Shown here: piece by piece, positions 62,163 to 64,000 of the stretch
Layout of the letters: each line of letters begins with the position of its first letter
How positions within the stretch are numbered: the stretch's first letter is position 1
NCBI GenBank assembly: GCA_027339965.1
Contig: DAHWNL010000012.1
Span: forward strand, 1 to 64,000
Reading direction: 5' to 3'
Source of the DNA: Granulicella sp.
GTDB taxonomy: Bacteria > Acidobacteriota > Terriglobia > Terriglobales > Acidobacteriaceae
Length of the DNA stretch: 64,000 nucleotides
Made by a program: the position numbers and the translations under genes
The notes under the pieces: generated by a model
What the model was told of the DNA's origin: nothing
What the model saw: only the letters and a program-made list of their open reading frames with translations
Databases searched by the model: none

Positions 62163-62297
62163 TCTCCCAAAAGCTCCAACTTGCGTCTCGGAAGAGCCTG
62201 GCCGGACGCCGGGCTCTTCTCTTGCTGGCCGCATCCAACTCAACCAGGCAGCGCACCTTCTGACCAAACCAAGCAACCTTCGCAGGAGAGCCAGACC

Positions 62298-63152
62298 ATG
62301 GCCTATCTGAACGTTGGCAAAGAAAACAGCGCAGACATCGATCTCTACTACGAAGATCGCGGGACCGGCAAACCTGTAATTCTCATCCATTGCTGGCCAC
62401 TCAACGGCTCCTCCTGGGAGCGCCAGACCGCGGCCCTGCTCGCCTCCGGGCACCGCGTCATCACCTATGACCGGCGCGGTTTTGGGCGATCCTCGCAGCC
62501 CAGCATCGGCTACGACTATGACACCCTGGCCGGCGATACCCATAAGCTGATCCAGGCCCTCGACCTGCATGGGGTCACGCTGGTAGGCAACAGCATGGGA
62601 GGCGGCGAAGTCGCCCGCTACCTGAGCAAGTACGCCGAACCGGGCCGCGTCACCCAGGCCGTCTTCATAGCCTCGATCACCCCCGCGCTCCGTCACGCCG
62701 CCAACAATCCCGAAGGGGGCGATCCGGCCGTCTTCGAAGGCATCAAACAGGCCATCCAGGCCGATCGCTTTGCCTTCTTCGAGGCCATGTTCAAGAGCTT
62801 CTACAACCAGGATCTGCTCTTAGGCACTCACATCTCCCCGGCTGCCGTTCAGGCCAGCTTTGCCGCGGCTTGCTCGTCCAGCTACCAGGCCGCGCTCAAC
62901 TGCGTGGATGCGTGGCTGGAGGACTTCCGCCAGGATATCTCGCGGATCACGATTCCCACCCTGGTGCTCCACGGCGACAGCGACCACATGGTTCCCTTCG
63001 AGGTCAGCGGCAAGCGCATGGCGGATCTTCTCCCTGTCGCTCAGCTTCACCTCGTCAAGGGTGGACCGCATGGCATCTTCTGGACCCACGCAACCGAAGT
63101 CAACCAGGTTCTGCTCCGCTTCATCGCCCAGGATCGCACCGGGCTCTCGTAG
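62298..63152 (+). CDS. Alpha/beta hydrolase, non-heme haloperoxidase/arylesterase family
   Basis: LYYEDRGTGKPVILIH, YDRRGFGRSSQP, GNSMGG, LHGDSD, GGPHG; SD AGGAG. Confidence 0.92.
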   Translation: MAYLNVGKENSADIDLYYEDRGTGKPVILIHCWPLNGSSWERQTAALLASGHRVITYDRRGFGRSSQPSIGYDYDTLAGDTHKLIQALDLHGVTLVGNSMGGGEVARYLSKYAEPGRVTQAVFIASITPALRHAANNPEGGDPAVFEGIKQAIQADRFAFFEAMFKSFYNQDLLLGTHISPAAVQASFAAACSSSYQAALNCVDAWLEDFRQDISRITIPTLVLHGDSDHMVPFEVSGKRMADLLPVAQLHLVKGGPHGIFWTHATEVNQVLLRFIAQDRTGLS

Positions 63153-63342
63153 AGCATCTCCGCTGTGGATGGGTTCCCCAGAAACCGCCGTGAAGCGGCG
63201 AGTTTCTTACCCGCCGGCAGGCAAGCCTTCCGAAGACCCCGAACTCTTTCACTCGAAACCTTGTGCAGAAACATCCCCGCGCTCGCTGTATCTTCCATCT
63301 TCCGCGGCCCAACAGATGCCCCGGCGGCAACGCCGGAACCGC

Positions 63343-64000
63343 TCAACCCCTCATGGCCGTCAATCCGGCAGTGGCCAGCAAACTCAGCAGCCACCAGCCC
63401 ACCACAATCACAGCGGCCTGCGTCTTGCTCCTGCGCGAGATGATCGCCATCCCCAGCACCATCAGCACCAATGACCAAAGGCCGAAGAGGTCCAGAAAGC
63501 TCAACGCCGTACGTATCCAGTTCGGCGCATCGGAAAAGTAATAACCAAGGCTGGTCCCCACAGGAAAGTTGACGTCAAAGTTCTCCGTATTCACCCCCAT
63601 CCAAAGGAACACGATCTCCAGCAGCACGAGGAACAGATGCGGCAGGTACGCATAAAGAAAGACGGCAAGGTTTTGTCCATACGTCGTCTGCGCTCCCAGC
63701 CCAAAGTTGAAGCTCGCCCACAGCAACAGCGCTCCTAGCGCGGCGATGGCCAGCAGAAACAGGCCTCCGGCATAAACGGAATCTTTTGTGATCACCGTGG
63801 CGATGCTCATCCGCGCGGCCTGCTCTTCGGGCGTCAAATGGGCCATTTGATCGGCTGCCTGCGGGTTCTGCATCACCGCCATCTGGGTCACACGATCGAA
63901 GCCGACTTTTTTGTCGATGCTGAAGGCCGCAGCGACACTCGCCAGCAGCATGAGCAGAAACGGCAGCCACCAACTGGCGCTGCGCAGAATATCGGTAAAG
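63343..64000 (-). CDS. Yip1-domain membrane protein, 5' end outside the window
   Basis: Frame open to the edge (FTDILRSASWWLPFLLM...); multiple TM helices; DLFGLW. Confidence 0.8.
   Translation of the reverse strand, partial: FTDILRSASWWLPFLLMLLASVAAAFSIDKKVGFDRVTQMAVMQNPQAADQMAHLTPEEQAARMSIATVITKDSVYAGGLFLLAIAALGALLLWASFNFGLGAQTTYGQNLAVFLYAYLPHLFLVLLEIVFLWMGVNTENFDVNFPVGTSLGYYFSDAPNWIRTALSFLDLFGLWSLVLMVLGMAIISRRSKTQAAVIVVGWWLLSLLATAGLTAMRG

Overview
GC-rich bacterial chromosomal window whose gene content (VWFA-related, YXWGXW, carboxypeptidase-domain TonB receptors, Yip1) suggests Acidobacteriota. Most of it is housekeeping: acnA, trpCF, coaE, folD, rel, kbl, miaA, mogA/moaB, rnr, iscX, rmuC, acpP, fabF. 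Two regions stand out. (1) A ~17 kb block (9.5-26.3 kb) encodes an ImcH-like NapC/NirT multiheme cytochrome, a split CbcL-like pair (11-heme cytochrome c plus cytochrome b), two monoheme cytochromes c, a Cys-bearing Crp/Fnr regulator, a Usp, HemY plus a radical SAM/SPASM enzyme, citrate synthase, succinyl-CoA:acetate CoA-transferase and fumarase. Six TGTGA-N6-TCACA-like boxes lie in its intergenic regions, four of them about 29-31 bp from a -10-like hexamer. It looks like a Geobacter-like anaerobic acetate-oxidation and respiration regulon. (2) An unannotated 57-aa secreted peptide with a C-terminal two-Cys loop lies directly upstream of a 7-TM membrane protein, behind a very AT-rich palindromic promoter region; this is a candidate peptide-receptor signalling pair. 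Also present: a truncated IS701 remnant, a hydrolase remnant, small unannotated ORFs and apparent leaderless genes. I saw no rRNA, tRNA or CRISPR array. All calls come from reading motifs by eye; no database searches were run.
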